DNA of 63,966 nt, filler included, from Olpidium bornovanus S191 (GCA_017911155.1; 28 parts of 28 records of this genome joined end to end with filler, not necessarily neighbours in it), one strand, 5' to 3'; shown: positions 25,450 to 37,688, counted from the whole stretch's first letter. Notes: generated from the letters alone by a model not told the origin. Program-made: numbers and translations.

Positions 25450-25680
25450 TGTTTTTATTTTTATTTTATTTTTCTTTTATTTTTCTTTTATTTTTCTTTT
25501 ATTTTTCTTTTATTTTTCTTTTATTTTTCTTTTATTTTTCTTTTATTTTTTTTTTATTTTTCTTTTATTTTTCTTTTATTTTTCTTTTATTTTTCTTTTA
25601 TTTTTCTTTTATTTTTTATTTATTTTTCTTTTATTTTTTCTTTTATTTTTCTTTTATTTTTCTTTAATTTTTTTTTATTT
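25450..25680. repeat. T-rich 11-bp tandem repeat (TTTTTCTTTTA)n
   Basis: About 20 near-perfect copies. The Phe-rich ORFs over it are artefacts. Confidence 0.95.
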
Positions 25681-26474
25681 CTCGTCGGTCTACCGCAGAA
25701 CCCCCGTGAAGCGACGGCACAAATTAAGAACCTCGCCGCGACCCCGTGCGCTCAGGCCCCGCTCGCCAACCGGAACCCGAGGGTCGGGAAAAACACGCGG
25801 AACAAAGCGGGGGGCCGACCAAAACACCTCCCAGCGCTTTCTGCGTTTGTGAAACCTTGAGTTCACGTGTGCTCTTCGCGCCTTCAATTTGTTTTGTCAA
25901 TGCCCGAGGTATATGCGAAACGGCGGGAGAGAGCGCGCCTTTTCGAGCAATTTTGAGCCCCTCTCGAGGGCGTGCTCCTCCTCCACGTGTACGCGCGCGG
26001 GGGTTTTTTTTTCTCTGATCTTCTTCTTTCTCGCTTTTGGATCGTTTTGGGCGTTGGACAGTATCAAACTTCCCTTCTTCTATGTCGACAGGGAGAAAGC
26101 CGTCAAATTTGACGCTGGACGAAGGAAGGAGTGGGGGAAAAAAAGGACTGAATTGATTGATTGATTGATTGATTGGTTAATTGCTTGGTTGGCTGCTTGG
26201 TTGAGTTTATCTCCGCCGCCCGGCGGCTGTGCGGAAAGAGGCGGAAAGAAATCGAAGAAAACGGACGGCCCGCGGGCGGGTGTGCTGTCGCGGGCCCCGG
26301 CAGAGCTCTGGACGCTCTGGACGTAAGGGGGGGGGGCCGCGTGCGGCGTCGCCGGCGGGAGGAGGTGCGGGGGAGCGAACGGCGGGAGAGCCGGACAGGG
26401 CGGCGGGGTGGGACTTCGAAGGGGCGGGGCGGAGGGGCGGGGCGGTCTAGTCAAGCGTGCTCAACGCCCTGGCC

Positions 26475-28274
26475 TCAGAACGACGAGGGAACTGCGTGAA
26501 GCGTGGCGGGGTCCCAGGGCCAAGAGCCCCCGGCCTGCGCGCTTTCCCACGGCTGGGCCAGGCCGCGGTACGCGCCGCTCGCGGGCCCTGCAGTCGGTGT
26601 GCTGGGCTCGCGCGGCCACGGGAGCGAGAGCGGAGCCGGCTGCGGGCGAGCGCCGTCGCGGGCAACTTGGTGGTGGTGAGGGTACAGGTAGTGGTCGGGG
26701 AGCTGACAAGGGCGGACTTCCCGCCTCGCCGCCGCGTGGGCGCCGAGGTAACCCGGGACTCCGGCGGCGGCGAAGGCGCCGGCCAGCGCGCCAGGCGCCC
26801 AGAGCTGCCCCGGGTTTGTGCCGCAGCTTGGGCACGTCTGCGAGCTCGGGCCGACGGTGTCGACGAACGAGGCCTGGGTCCGGTTCCCCGCCGCGCCGAC
26901 ACAGAGCCCGTCGGGACGGTCGCGCCGGCGGCGGGCGTTCACGAGGCTTGCCCGGCCGGAGGAATCAACCTGGTCGTGCACAGGCTGTTCTCCGAGCCCC
27001 AAGGCGCCGGAGTGCCCCGAAAACAAGCAGCGCTCGCAGCTTTCGTGGACCGGGCCCACCTCGAGAGCGACGACGGCGGGCACCTCCTTCCTGACCCAAA
27101 CGAACACAGGAGCAACCGGTAACGATGCGGGCTCCCGTTGGTTTCGCGAGAAGAAAAAATCCCGGCGCTGTGCCTGGTCTTGGTAATGACCGCCGAAGGT
27201 TGCTGCGCGTCGGCCATTACAACACACGAGGCCGCTTTCGCCAGGCTGGGGGTAGCGGCCGTTCTGTGAATGAGCCGTGCGGTCCCCGGTGCGCAAGGGC
27301 TGAACGTTCGGCTGGGGATCGGAGGAATGCTGACCGTGCCCGCTAAATCGCAGACGGTGGTCGATCGCCTGGAGTTGCCGGCCGTGGCCGTCGGACCGAC
27401 GGCCCGGATCATCCGACAACGGTTCTTCCGTCGGCGAGCTCCAGGCCGGCTTCCGAGAAGCCTCTTCTCCCGTCCCCGCCGGCGGTCTCCGGGACCACGG
27501 GCCGCCGGCGCGCTCGGGCTCCAGCGCGCAGCCCGAATCCCTGCGCCCGGGAGGAGCGGGCGCCGCGGGCGTGGCCTCGCACGCGGCGAGCGCCTCGGCG
27601 AATGCTAGCCGCTCGGCCTGGAAAGCCCTCAGGTCGTTGTCCACCGACTCCTTGAACCCGGCGAAATCGTCCTCCGGCACCCCGAGCTCGGTCCCCAGGT
27701 GGTCGAGCGCGAGCTTTCGGAGCGAGACGAGGCGCTCTGCGGAGATCCCGGTGAACCGGGTGTAGCTCGCCGTCGAGTAATTCGCATCGTTCATCCAGAC
27801 GTCCGCGAGCATCAGCACGACGGTGCCCACCTCCTCGTCGGAGACGTGCGCCCAGCCGAGCTTGGCGTCCGTCACGGCGGCCTTAAGGCGGCGCAGGTAA
27901 AGCAGCGCCACCAGGCTCGCCGCCGACGAGACCCGGAAAGCCGGGAACAGCGTCTCACACAGCCGCCGGACCGCCGGCTGGGAGCCGAAGTGGTGGGCGT
28001 GCCCGGAGTGCCGCGCCGCCGAAAGGACCGCATCCCCCGACGGTTTTACGCTCCAGATTATGATGAACATGACCGCCCAGATGTCGCACAGCCGGCTCTT
28101 CCGCGACCTCACCGGCTTGGCGGTCGGGGCCGGGGACAGGACGGGCCACCCGTGATTCGGCCTCGCCAGCATGCGCGGGAGCGTGCGCCCGCGCCCGTCG
28201 GCGCTGCCGCGGCGCTCCCGCTTGCGGATCGCTGACGGGAGCCGGGGCTGCGCGGGAGTGTAGCCTTTCGCCAT
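26475..28274 (-). CDS. Pho80/PCL(Clg1)-family cyclin-like protein with long disordered tail
   Basis: Cyclin-box pattern RLCETL...SSAASLVALLYLRRLK...VLMLADVWMNDANYSTASYTRFTGISAERLVSLRKLALDHLGTELGV inside a long open frame. Internal introns are possible. Confidence 0.75.
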   Translation of the reverse strand: MAKGYTPAQPRLPSAIRKRERRGSADGRGRTLPRMLARPNHGWPVLSPAPTAKPVRSRKSRLCDIWAVMFIIIWSVKPSGDAVLSAARHSGHAHHFGSQPAVRRLCETLFPAFRVSSAASLVALLYLRRLKAAVTDAKLGWAHVSDEEVGTVVLMLADVWMNDANYSTASYTRFTGISAERLVSLRKLALDHLGTELGVPEDDFAGFKESVDNDLRAFQAERLAFAEALAACEATPAAPAPPGRRDSGCALEPERAGGPWSRRPPAGTGEEASRKPAWSSPTEEPLSDDPGRRSDGHGRQLQAIDHRLRFSGHGQHSSDPQPNVQPLRTGDRTAHSQNGRYPQPGESGLVCCNGRRAATFGGHYQDQAQRRDFFFSRNQREPASLPVAPVFVWVRKEVPAVVALEVGPVHESCERCLFSGHSGALGLGEQPVHDQVDSSGRASLVNARRRRDRPDGLCVGAAGNRTQASFVDTVGPSSQTCPSCGTNPGQLWAPGALAGAFAAAGVPGYLGAHAAARREVRPCQLPDHYLYPHHHQVARDGARPQPAPLSLPWPREPSTPTAGPASGAYRGLAQPWESAQAGGSWPWDPATLHAVPSSF

Positions 28275-29074
28275 TACCGGATTTTCCCTTTTTTTATGTA
28301 TCCCGGACCATCCGGGCGGCGTCGCAACGTCCGATGGCCCCGCCCGGGCGGACGCCGCGCAATTGTGGGGGGGGGTGGGGGGGGAGAGGGGGAAGAGAGG
28401 GAGGTGGTTGGGAGGTCGGTGCGGAAGGGAGGGATGGGGCGGTCGGACCCAAACGGGATGGCGGGCGCCCCGGCGGTAAATGCTTTTTGCAGCCGCTGGT
28501 GGGTGCGGTCTTTGCCCGAGGTTTGTCCGGCGGGGTGGTTCGCCGAGCAAAACGGCTTATTTCCTCCCTTGGCGCACGTCGAAATAGCTGTGGGGGGACG
28601 CGGGCGAAGACCGGCGGGCGCGACCGAGAGAGAGCGAGGCTTGTCCCCGTTGCCACCCTTTCCCCCTCCCCTTCCCCCTCACCACCATTACAAAAAAACA
28701 CTCCCCTCCTTCCTCCCAATTCCCACCACTCCTTTTCTCTCACACCAAGGCAAAACTAGCTGTGTTTTATCTTTTTTTTTTGGGGGGGGGGGGGGNNNNN
28801 NNNNNNNNNNNNNNNNNNNNNNNNNNNNNNNNNNNNNNNTTAATTAATTAANNNNNNNNNNNNNNNNNNNNNNNNNNNNNNNNNNNNNNNNNNNNCATGG
28901 ATGAGATGGGAATCCTCCACGCCCCCTGCTATTTTTTTTTTTCTAACAGGTGGCGCGGTTCTCGGGAACATAGAATAAATGTGCGGAGGCGCCCAGGAAA
29001 TGCAGAAGCCGCTGCCGGGAGCAGAACGACAAAAAGACCCCCCCCCCTTCCTCCCCTTCCCCCATCGCGTCACA

Positions 29075-30399
29075 CTACCGGGTGCCTTTAAGCCGGACTT
29101 TAGGCGCGTATCTCAGATAAAGCTCGTCCTTGAAGTGGGTATGCCTGGTTCGTGGAAGGGGGGGAGGGGGAAGGGGGGGGGAGGGAAAGAATATCAAAGG
29201 TGGAAGACATGTGGTAATTGGTAAGCAATCTTGAGACCAAATCGGCGGCCCGGCAGACGCAAGCATTGGAAACGTGTGGCCGCCGGCGGTCAATCTCCGG
29301 CAAAGCGCACGGAACGGAAGTGCGACAGCGCGTACCGTATGCCGTTTGGCCTGGCTTTGGCAAAATACTCGATAGCGTCTGGTATTGGCACGCCGCAGAC
29401 CTCTATCAAATAGCAGCAGATCATGAATCCCGTTCGGTTGTACCTGGTAAACGGCACGCTGTTTAGCGAGCCTGATAGCCGACAGTTAAACGCTTCTCAA
29501 AAACGGGCAAGAGGTAAGCCTCCAGCCGACAAAAAAAAAACGAAGTCATCAGTATGCGGCGTAACGATGAGCAATTCTCAGTTACGTACCCGTAGTGACA
29601 GTGCACGGCGACTTGCTTTGCGGGGTTCCGGCTGACGGCCGCCTTCACAGCTTCGATAAACTGCTTCACGTCCACCTTAGTCGGTGGAGTTTTGGATTTG
29701 CCCTGCGTCCGGGAACCGCCCGGTTCGTTAGCTTGTATTATTCACACCACAGCAACCAAAACCACAACAACACGGCACTCGCGACCGGCAAACGGCGCAG
29801 CTTCCCACGAGAAAAAAAAAAGAATATAAAAAAAGAGGAAAGGAAATTCAGAAACGACCCGCACTCACCGCGACTTTTACGTACTCGACACCGCCTTGCG
29901 AAAGCTCAAACGTTTGGTACGGAGGCTCGTCCTTCGACAGGTCGATCACCGTGCCGACCTCCGGGTGCGCGTCAACAAAAGCGGCGGGCGAGTGTACAGG
30001 GTCGGTTTGCCGCATCACCTTCATCGCCCTGATCGGGGAAGGTCCGACGGGGATTTCAGATATTGGTTTGGTCGAAATCCACTGGTTAAATTGGAATAGA
30101 CCGTCAGGGAGGGAGTACACGGTGTTAAAATCAGGAGAGCTCGATGCACATCGCCGCCATACTCGGGAAGCCTAGAGATAATCTGACGAGAGAGAGGCAA
30201 ACGGCAAACAAAACAAACCCCTCCTTCCCTCCCAAAAATAAGCCTTGTTTTTACCTTCTCATAATTCTTTAGGCTCCATTTTTCATTTGGGTCGTTCTCC
30301 TTCGTTTGCAATATCTGCCACTCGGGGTCAAGACTGGCAAACTTTTCGATAAGGAATTCGGCGATGATGGCGTTGCAAAAGTTCGGCGCCTCCCACATG
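29075..30399 (-). CDS. Alpha/beta-hydrolase + dual-specificity (DUSP11/RNA-triphosphatase-like) phosphatase, C-terminal part
   Basis: Spliced: MWEAPNFCNAIIAEFL, EKWSLKNYEK, IRAMKVMRQTD, VIDLSKDEPPY, VAVHCHYG|YNRTGFMICCYLIE, RPNGIR|HTHFKDELYLRY. The CX5R P-loop is split by an intron. Confidence 0.9.
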
Positions 30400-30829
30400 N
30401 NNNNNNNNNNNNNNNNNNNNNNNNNNNNNNNNNNNNNNNNNNNTTAATTAATTAANNNNNNNNNNNNNNNNNNNNNNNNNNNNNNNNNNNNNNNNNNNNA
30501 AAAACCTGACGGGAGAAAAAAACGAGGAGGGCGGGGCCACGAGCACGTCGTCGACAGCGTCACATTGCACAGCTTGCGCTGAACCCTGGCGCTCATCGAA
30601 GGCGGACAACAATCGCATGCTTATCGTGGTGTGTTAACCGCGGATCAGAATCCACGGTGTGGACCACCTTTCTGTCGGCGGCCGCAAACGGAGGAGAAGG
30701 CCGACGGCGAGCAGGGGTCAACGCGTCGACGGTGTCGCCGCCCGCGCAGTCGAATTAAGCTCGGACGTTTGTCGTGACGCGTCGATAAGCCTATCGACGG
30801 AACCGTCGCCCGCCCGTTCGAACCCCCCC

Positions 30830-31720
30830 CCCCGCGCCCACGCTGTCGCCGGCCAAACTCAAAGGCTGACGCGAAGACGGCGAGGCCGACGGCAGACAGT
30901 GCGAATCGGCACAGGAGTTGTCGGGACGGGGTTTCGAAGATTGTCACAAAGCGGGATGCCCCGCGCGAAGTGCACAGTGCCAAGTCCGGCTTGGAGCAGG
31001 GTGCTGACAAAATAGTTTTCGAGGAGGGTAAAAGAAAAAAAAATACAGCAGCGCGATGAAGATCGGCTCGCCGAGCACCTCTAGGAAACCAACCACCCGC
31101 TTACTTTCTGTTGGTTTTTCCTCCCGCGTCACCACTCCCTCGCAAACCCGGAAAGCGCACTTGGCAGCAATTTGACGCCGAAGGCGGGAAAAAGGATGCA
31201 AGGACTGCAGATGGCAGACCTTATTTGTGGAATCACATCCAGCTCTGATAAATCTTACGTTCGCTCAAGGGGTTCTGGGGTTCAGGGTTTCACCCGGCAT
31301 CAGAGGCAACTTCAGAGCAGACCGGCCTTGCGAACCGCCAACCTCTCCTATTTGAACGACCCCTTCTCCCCTCCCCCCCCCTCCCCCCCCTCCCCCGCTA
31401 CCGCCACTTAGCATCGCTTCCCACGCTTGTAAGATGATAATAATAATCCGAATTCTCTTATTCTTCGGTGACGCGGCCAACACCCTCGGCGCGACCGTAC
31501 GCCTGCCGAAAATCCATCACAGCATTTTTCTCTCATTTTCCTTGACCACCCGCAGCATCTGAGCCGCGTTTGGGAGAGGCTCTTCTCTCCTTCACGAGCC
31601 ACCCGGGTCCTCCCACGGTAGGACTGGCCAACTCTCCGCCGCGTCCTCACCGGGTAACTGCGGCTGCGCTCTCAGCATCAGCTTGATAGATGAGTATCTC
31701 ATTGTCCTGTGTGTTATGGT
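30830..31720 (-). CDS. Possible WD40/beta-propeller protein fragment (several exons)
   Basis: In-phase GT-AG exons give DNEILIYQADAES, SLHPFSRLRRQIAAKCAF and DLALCTSRGASRFVTIFETPSRQLLCRF. The beta-strand/WD-like pattern is only an impression. Confidence 0.3.
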
Positions 31721-31913
31721 CTAATCTGCCCAAAGCGTGAAGTAAATAGTATCCGCCCGTTTTCTCGAGTTGACTTCACGAGACCACTTATCATGGTNNN
31801 NNNNNNNNNNNNNNNNNNNNNNNNNNNNNNNNNNNNNNNNNTTAATTAATTAANNNNNNNNNNNNNNNNNNNNNNNNNNNNNNNNNNNNNNNNNNNNAAA
31901 AAGGAAAAAAGAG

Positions 31914-31967
<54 letters not shown>

Positions 31968-32020
31968 AAAGGGGCGGGCACGCGCGATGCCGCCAAGGAA
32001 GGAAGGAAGAGTGACAGCGC

Positions 32021-32745
32021 CCCGTCAGCCGCTACACACCTCCACTCTGCTCCATACCTTTTTGTAGGCCAAAACCGACCAGACCCAGCACAACGGCATC
32101 TTCTGCCGCCAGGCCTTCCTTCCTTGATGTGGGCGCCAAAATAAAATGATGTGGGCGCACCCAATGCCGCCAATGAAGGAAGAAGAGAGGGAAAGGGAAA
32201 GAGAGAGTGAAAGAGAGAAAATAAAGGTACGCCCGGGGCTATGCATCAGATGGCTTTGGAGTTGTCAGCTGGCAAAATTTTGAGGCAAAACGGATTTAAA
32301 CCCAAGGCCACAGAATTGGGATTGTTGGAAATAACCACTATTTTACCAGATAACACCAAAGGCGATAACGCTTTCTTCTGCCACTAGGTTTTCCTTCCGG
32401 CGGCCGCCAAAAAAAAGGAATCCAGTGGGCCCTCCCCCCCAAAAAAACCAAAGATTAATTGATTTCCCAATTTTTTCTGCATAACCGGTCGAGCGTCCCA
32501 TTAACTTTTTAAATCAAGATGCGCCCGTCGCAAAAAAACGGCCGTCCTTCCTTTGAACGGCTGTCCTTCCTTTTGATGCCGGCAAAAAAAAAAGATGCGG
32601 ACGCGGGCGGTACTGTCAACGAAGGGAGAGGGTGAGAGAGGCGGCAGGGCCCGGTCAGCCGCTAAGCACCTCCACTTTTTTCCATACCTTTTCATAGGGC
32701 AACAGCGGCCAGACCCAGCACAATGCCACCTTCTGCCGCCGGCCT
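32021..32745. repeat. Dispersed direct repeat, ~90-100 bp, two copies 630 bp apart
   Basis: 32021-32110 vs 32651-32740 align without gaps at 75/90 identities. Confidence 0.9.
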
Positions 32746-33457
32746 TTCCTTCTATCTAGCGGCCGCGGCCACGGCGGCTGGTAGCGGGCGCGGCCGCGGG
32801 TGCGCGGCGGCCTCGGCCATGAGTATGGCGGGAGGGAGGCGGGCATGGCCCCACACGCTGAGAAAATTGGGCCCATGCACGGACCCTTCAGACATAACCT
32901 TTTTTCCTCTTTTGAAAGCCTTTCCAACCTGCTTTCTACTACGCTCTACAGATTTGCAGCATTCACTTACCCTGGTTCCTTAAAAAAGTTNNNNNNNNNN
33001 NNNNNNNNNNNNNNNNNNNNNNNNNNNNNNNNNNTTAATTAATTAANNNNNNNNNNNNNNNNNNNNNNNNNNNNNNNNNNNNNNNNNNNNACATAAGGAA
33101 TGTTGTTTACCTCCAAAAACGTAAAATGTACCAGGAATCAGAATGATCTAACGGCCCGGGTTAAGAAGCCGCGGAACACTGTAGGGTCAGGTCGTCAGAG
33201 GCTCCTCAGATCCAAGTAGTAAGGGCAAACTTGGTTGAGTTCTTCTGTTATGAGCTAGGACTATTGTCTCTCGTCCCCGTGGTTTTTGTCCGAGCGCCCA
33301 GGCGACAGCGATAGAGTTAGGGTGACAGTGAGGATCACCGGACCGCCGTCAACGTAGTACGCCCAAAGGCTGAAGAATGGGAGCATGTTCCAAGGCTGTT
33401 ATCAGGTTTGCCATGGCCTGATCGCAGGCCTGGTCCCAAATCTCATGTGGCTTCGCG

Positions 33458-33515
33458 CCGCATTTACTTCTCCTTTTCTGTCGCAGCCGCATTTACTTCT
33501 CCCCTTCTGTCGCAG
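33458..33515. repeat. ~29-bp tandem duplication
   Basis: GCCGCATTTACTTCTCC(TT/CC)TTCTGTCGCA x2. Confidence 0.85.
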
Positions 33516-34874
33516 TGGTATCTTCTAGCCGGAGCACGGGAGCGGAACTGAGATTTGTGCACGCAGTGGGTTCGGGACCTCGTCGCCAAGCGCTCCTAGC
33601 GCATGGTCCTCACCCCGAATGTAACGAGCATTCGCTCTTATTTCCTTTTTTATTTTCGTGTCTGTAATTTGACAGGCCGGTTTCGGCGTTTTGACTGGCT
33701 TCTACGCTCCTCACCTCCCATTCCGGAAATTCTCAACTTCTCCCGAGGCCGGATGTTTTTTTTTGGTGGGGGAAGGCCCGGCTGTTTCTGTTGGAACTTT
33801 GCCCAGGAAGGCGAGGACGCCGCGTACGCCGCGTACGCCCGTAAGAAAAGGAGCGAAAGATAGCTGTATTCGGGGCGCCGTGTTTCCAAATTTCCTGGGC
33901 CTATTTTATAAGGCGGGAACCTTAGAGCTCTACACAGTGGTAACAGGGGCTCTGGTGCGCGCAATGCGTCCGCGGCTCAGCCCCCCCCTTCCCCCCCCCC
34001 TCTTTATTACCACCCCCTCGCGGCTATTTCTCCAATCCGCGTTATGTCATCGCGTCTGGGGGAAGACGGCATCACCGTAAACTCTTGACCCCTCCTACCC
34101 GATGGGGACCCCAGGTCGTTTCGCGGTTCACTGCGCGCTGGTTCGACGTGGCCACGCGCCGCGTGCGTCATAGTGGCCGTAAAAAACCCCTTGCCGCTTG
34201 AAGGGGCCAATGCGTTTTGAACGCCGTAAACGCTGACGTTCTGAGAAAATCAGAAAAAAAAAAAACAACTTTTGATCGACTCGCAAAGGCCGCGGGCTCG
34301 CAACTCTTCGTGTAAGGTGTCAGATGTTTGCGTTCCCTGTCCGGGTCGCCGAACACATCAACCGTATTAACCGGCGGAGAAGGCGGGCAGCTTAGACGAC
34401 AGGGGCAGTGGGGCGGTACGGTGGGCTGAGCGGTGATGGGAAACGCATGTTTATTTTTGTTGAACAGCGGCAGCGTTGGCAGCACGGAGCGGCCGCCGCT
34501 GTTCTGGTAGGGGTGTGGGGGAAGGCCGATTTTTTCGGGAATATGCAGGGTTGGTTGGGCTCGACAAGCATTGGACGAATGTTATTTGTTTTCACGCTCG
34601 TCTCCCCCCTCACCCGACCGCCGCGATTCCTCCTCTTTCCTCGCCCTCTCTCGGCCAATTGGAGAGAATAATGCGCACCCAAACGAGAGCGGCGGGCAAA
34701 AGCCTGAGAGAAAAAAAAAAAGCAAAATTTGAACTTTCCCCCTGCCTGGCTTTCTCCCCCCTCCCCGCACCCTCTCCCCGCCCCTTCCCCGCGCGCTCAC
34801 ACTCACCGCTCTCTTGCGCGCTCGCCCCCCGTGGAGGCGGAAAAAAAAAAGCACCTTTCTCGCCCCCGTCCGAA

Positions 34875-36620
34875 ATGTCCGCGCCGAACAGGGCCGCGAC
34901 GAGGGTCAAGTCCCTGTCGGAGGCCCACGAGGAAACCCAGAAAAAGACCTTCACCAAGTGGGCGAACGTGTATCTTACCAAGCGCAGGCTGGGCGAGGCC
35001 GCAGCCGGCGGAGGCCCCGCGGGAAGAGCAGCAGCAGCAGCGGCGGCGGCGGCGGCGGCCGGCGGCGGCCGCGGCCGCGCCCCCGCCAGCCCCGCCAGCA
35101 CCAGCAGCAGCTTCAGCACCAGCAGCGATGCCGGCAGCGGCGGCTCCGCGGCCAGCACCATCCGCGATCTGGAGACGGACTTGCGCGACGGAAAATTGCT
35201 CATTAAAGTGAGGAGGAGCGGTTGATCTCTTGAGCAGCTGTTGCCTGATCTCGGGGGGGTTTGCGCTTGGAGTATTAGGCGGCATCTGATCTTTTGGGTC
35301 TGCACCGCACAACTGGCCCCACGTTCCCCACCAGCTTGTAGAGGCCTTGTCAAATGAAAACCTGCCACCGCCGGAGAAGTTTGACATGCGCATCCACCAT
35401 CTGCAGGTATGGATCGCATGAATGGGGACGGCGGTGAGATATGCGGCGAACGTGTTTATCGATGAACTGAGCCGTCTGTGCACGGCAGAATGTCGGGAAG
35501 GCACTGCGCTTTCTTAACGCCAAGTACGCGTTGCCGCTGGCCAACATAGGGGCCGAGGATATCGTAAACGGCAACCTCAAGCTGACTTTGGGATTGATAT
35601 GGCAGCTGATCCTGATCTACCAGCTGCAGCAAGTCAAGGCGGCCGAGAAGACCAAGGTACGAGAAAGTTGCCGACAGCTTCCGACGCTTGCGCGGTAGCA
35701 GAAAAGCGTGTAATGAACCGTAAATCTCGCCTATCGCTTGGCGCGGCGGCCCGCGGCTTTGGAATCGTAATTCTTACGTAGCGTTCCTGTTCTGTTTTTT
35801 GGAAAAACCACTGCTGGACAGATGGCCAGGAGGAATTCGCTGCCGAATTCGATCTCGGCATTACGGTTGGAACAAAGCTCCGACTCCGCCGGATCCTCTT
35901 CATCCACGTACCCCCTGACGCCGCCCCTTTCGCCGGGAGCGAAATTCCGGACGTGCCCGGCGTTGGCGCGTCACGCAGCTTCCGCAAACCACGGCGCCGA
36001 GCGCCAGCTGGATGGAAAGTCTTCTCTGTTGTCCTGGTGCGCGGACCAACTCTCCGACCACGTCGCGGCAGGGCGCGTGCCGCCCGTCGTCGACTTTGGC
36101 CCTAGCTGGCGAGATGGCCGCGCTTTCCTTGGGCTACTTAACTCATACAGGGCGGAATTAGTGCCGAACTTCGAGGAATATGTCTCGGAGCTTGGAGACC
36201 AGAGCCAACCACAGTTGCCGGAAGACGCTCGCACGCGGTGGAGATACAGGCTCGCGCTGGCTTTTACGATAGCGGAGAAGCGGATGAATATCCCCCGGTT
36301 GCTCGAGCCGGAGGATTTGCTTGACGTTGATATACCAGACGAAAAGGGTTGCCTGGTCGCGAGTATCAACCCCCTGGAGATATGCAACGACGATGCCTAA
36401 TACTTTCTGCGTTCGTTGTAGAGCGTCGTTACGTTGATCTCCGAGTGGTACATAGCTATGATTCAAGGCACGGAGCCGCTCGAAGTCGACGTCGACTTCC
36501 ATGACATTGTTTTTCACGGGGAGACGGGGGACGTGTCGCCAGATTTTCCCGTCGGTTCGAACTGGAACGTGGCAGGCGTGTCGTCGCAGGAAAATCCAAC
36601 CGCAGACGGCGAAACCGAGG
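34875..36620 (+). CDS. Tandem calponin-homology (alpha-actinin-type actin-binding domain) protein, partial
   Basis: CH1: EETQKKTFTKWANVYL, IRDLETDLRDGKLLI, NIGAEDIVNGNLKLTLGLIWQLIL. CH2: SLLSWCADQL, DFGPSWRDGRAFLGLL, LAFTIAEKRMNIPRLLEPEDL, PDEK|SVVTLISEWY. Confidence 0.92.
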
Positions 36621-37688
36621 NNNNNNNNNNNNNNNNNNNNNNNNNNNNNNNNNNNNNNNNNNNNTTAATTAATTAANNNNNNNNNNNNNNNNNNNNNNNN
36701 NNNNNNNNNNNNNNNNNNNNCATGCCTTTAGTTTGTGGCGGAGCCGCTTCTCCGGATGCCTCATTCTAACGGGCGCTTTCCAACCCGCCCATCACAGCCG
36801 CGGAACGAGCAGGTTGGTTCTGGAGGACGAGGACGTTGAGGCCAGATTCGCTTGCTCGGGTCGGCTTGTTCGCGTTCTGCTGCTGCCTGTCACTGGTTCC
36901 GCGAGGCGCGCAAGGCTGCCGGCGCCACGGCAAAGTGCGCGTGGGATTTTCGCGCGTTCGGCGAGGTGGTGTTTCGCCTTGACTGCGAGCTGTGCGGCCG
37001 AGAGCCGTCGCGGCGCGCCGGCCACGCACACACGGCGGGAGGAGGGTTCGCCCGCGCGAGAAGGTTCCGGGGGGCGGCGGCGCTTCCGCCCGTTCGTCTG
37101 GAGCGTGCCACGTGCCTGAATTTGGGCTGGGGGTGGTCGCGGCATTCCGAACCGCCTCATTTGATCTCGCGATGAGCCGCGGTCGCGTCTCGGCCTCCGG
37201 TTGTCCGACAGCCGCGCTTTTTAGAACACCGGTCGCACCCAAACCAAAGCGCCCATCAATTAAAACGACTCTTTGTCCGTCCCGCATTCCCAAACCAAAC
37301 CGTGTCATCCACATCGAATGCCCTGAGTGCACTAAACGTCCGGGGAATGCATTTGCGAAAGGGTTCCCGTGTCGTCCCCCCCGCCGGGCATCACGTGACA
37401 ACAACGCTCTAACGTTATCGTTAACACCCCCCCCCCACGTGCCGCCGCGTGATCTGCGTTATTACCACACATTGTTTTCCCCCTCCGGGCGCCGATATTG
37501 TGCCAGCGAATGAAGACGAAGAAGACGAAGAAGAAAAAGAACAAATCAACAGCCTTCCTCCCCTTCCCTCCTCCTCGCCCGCCCGGCAGGGGAGCGCGCC
37601 CGGTTCACGCTTTGTGTTCCTCATGGGCCCCGAGAGCACTCTCTCCCGTGCGGAACGGCGCGGCGCAGCGGACCGCGCCGAGCACACC

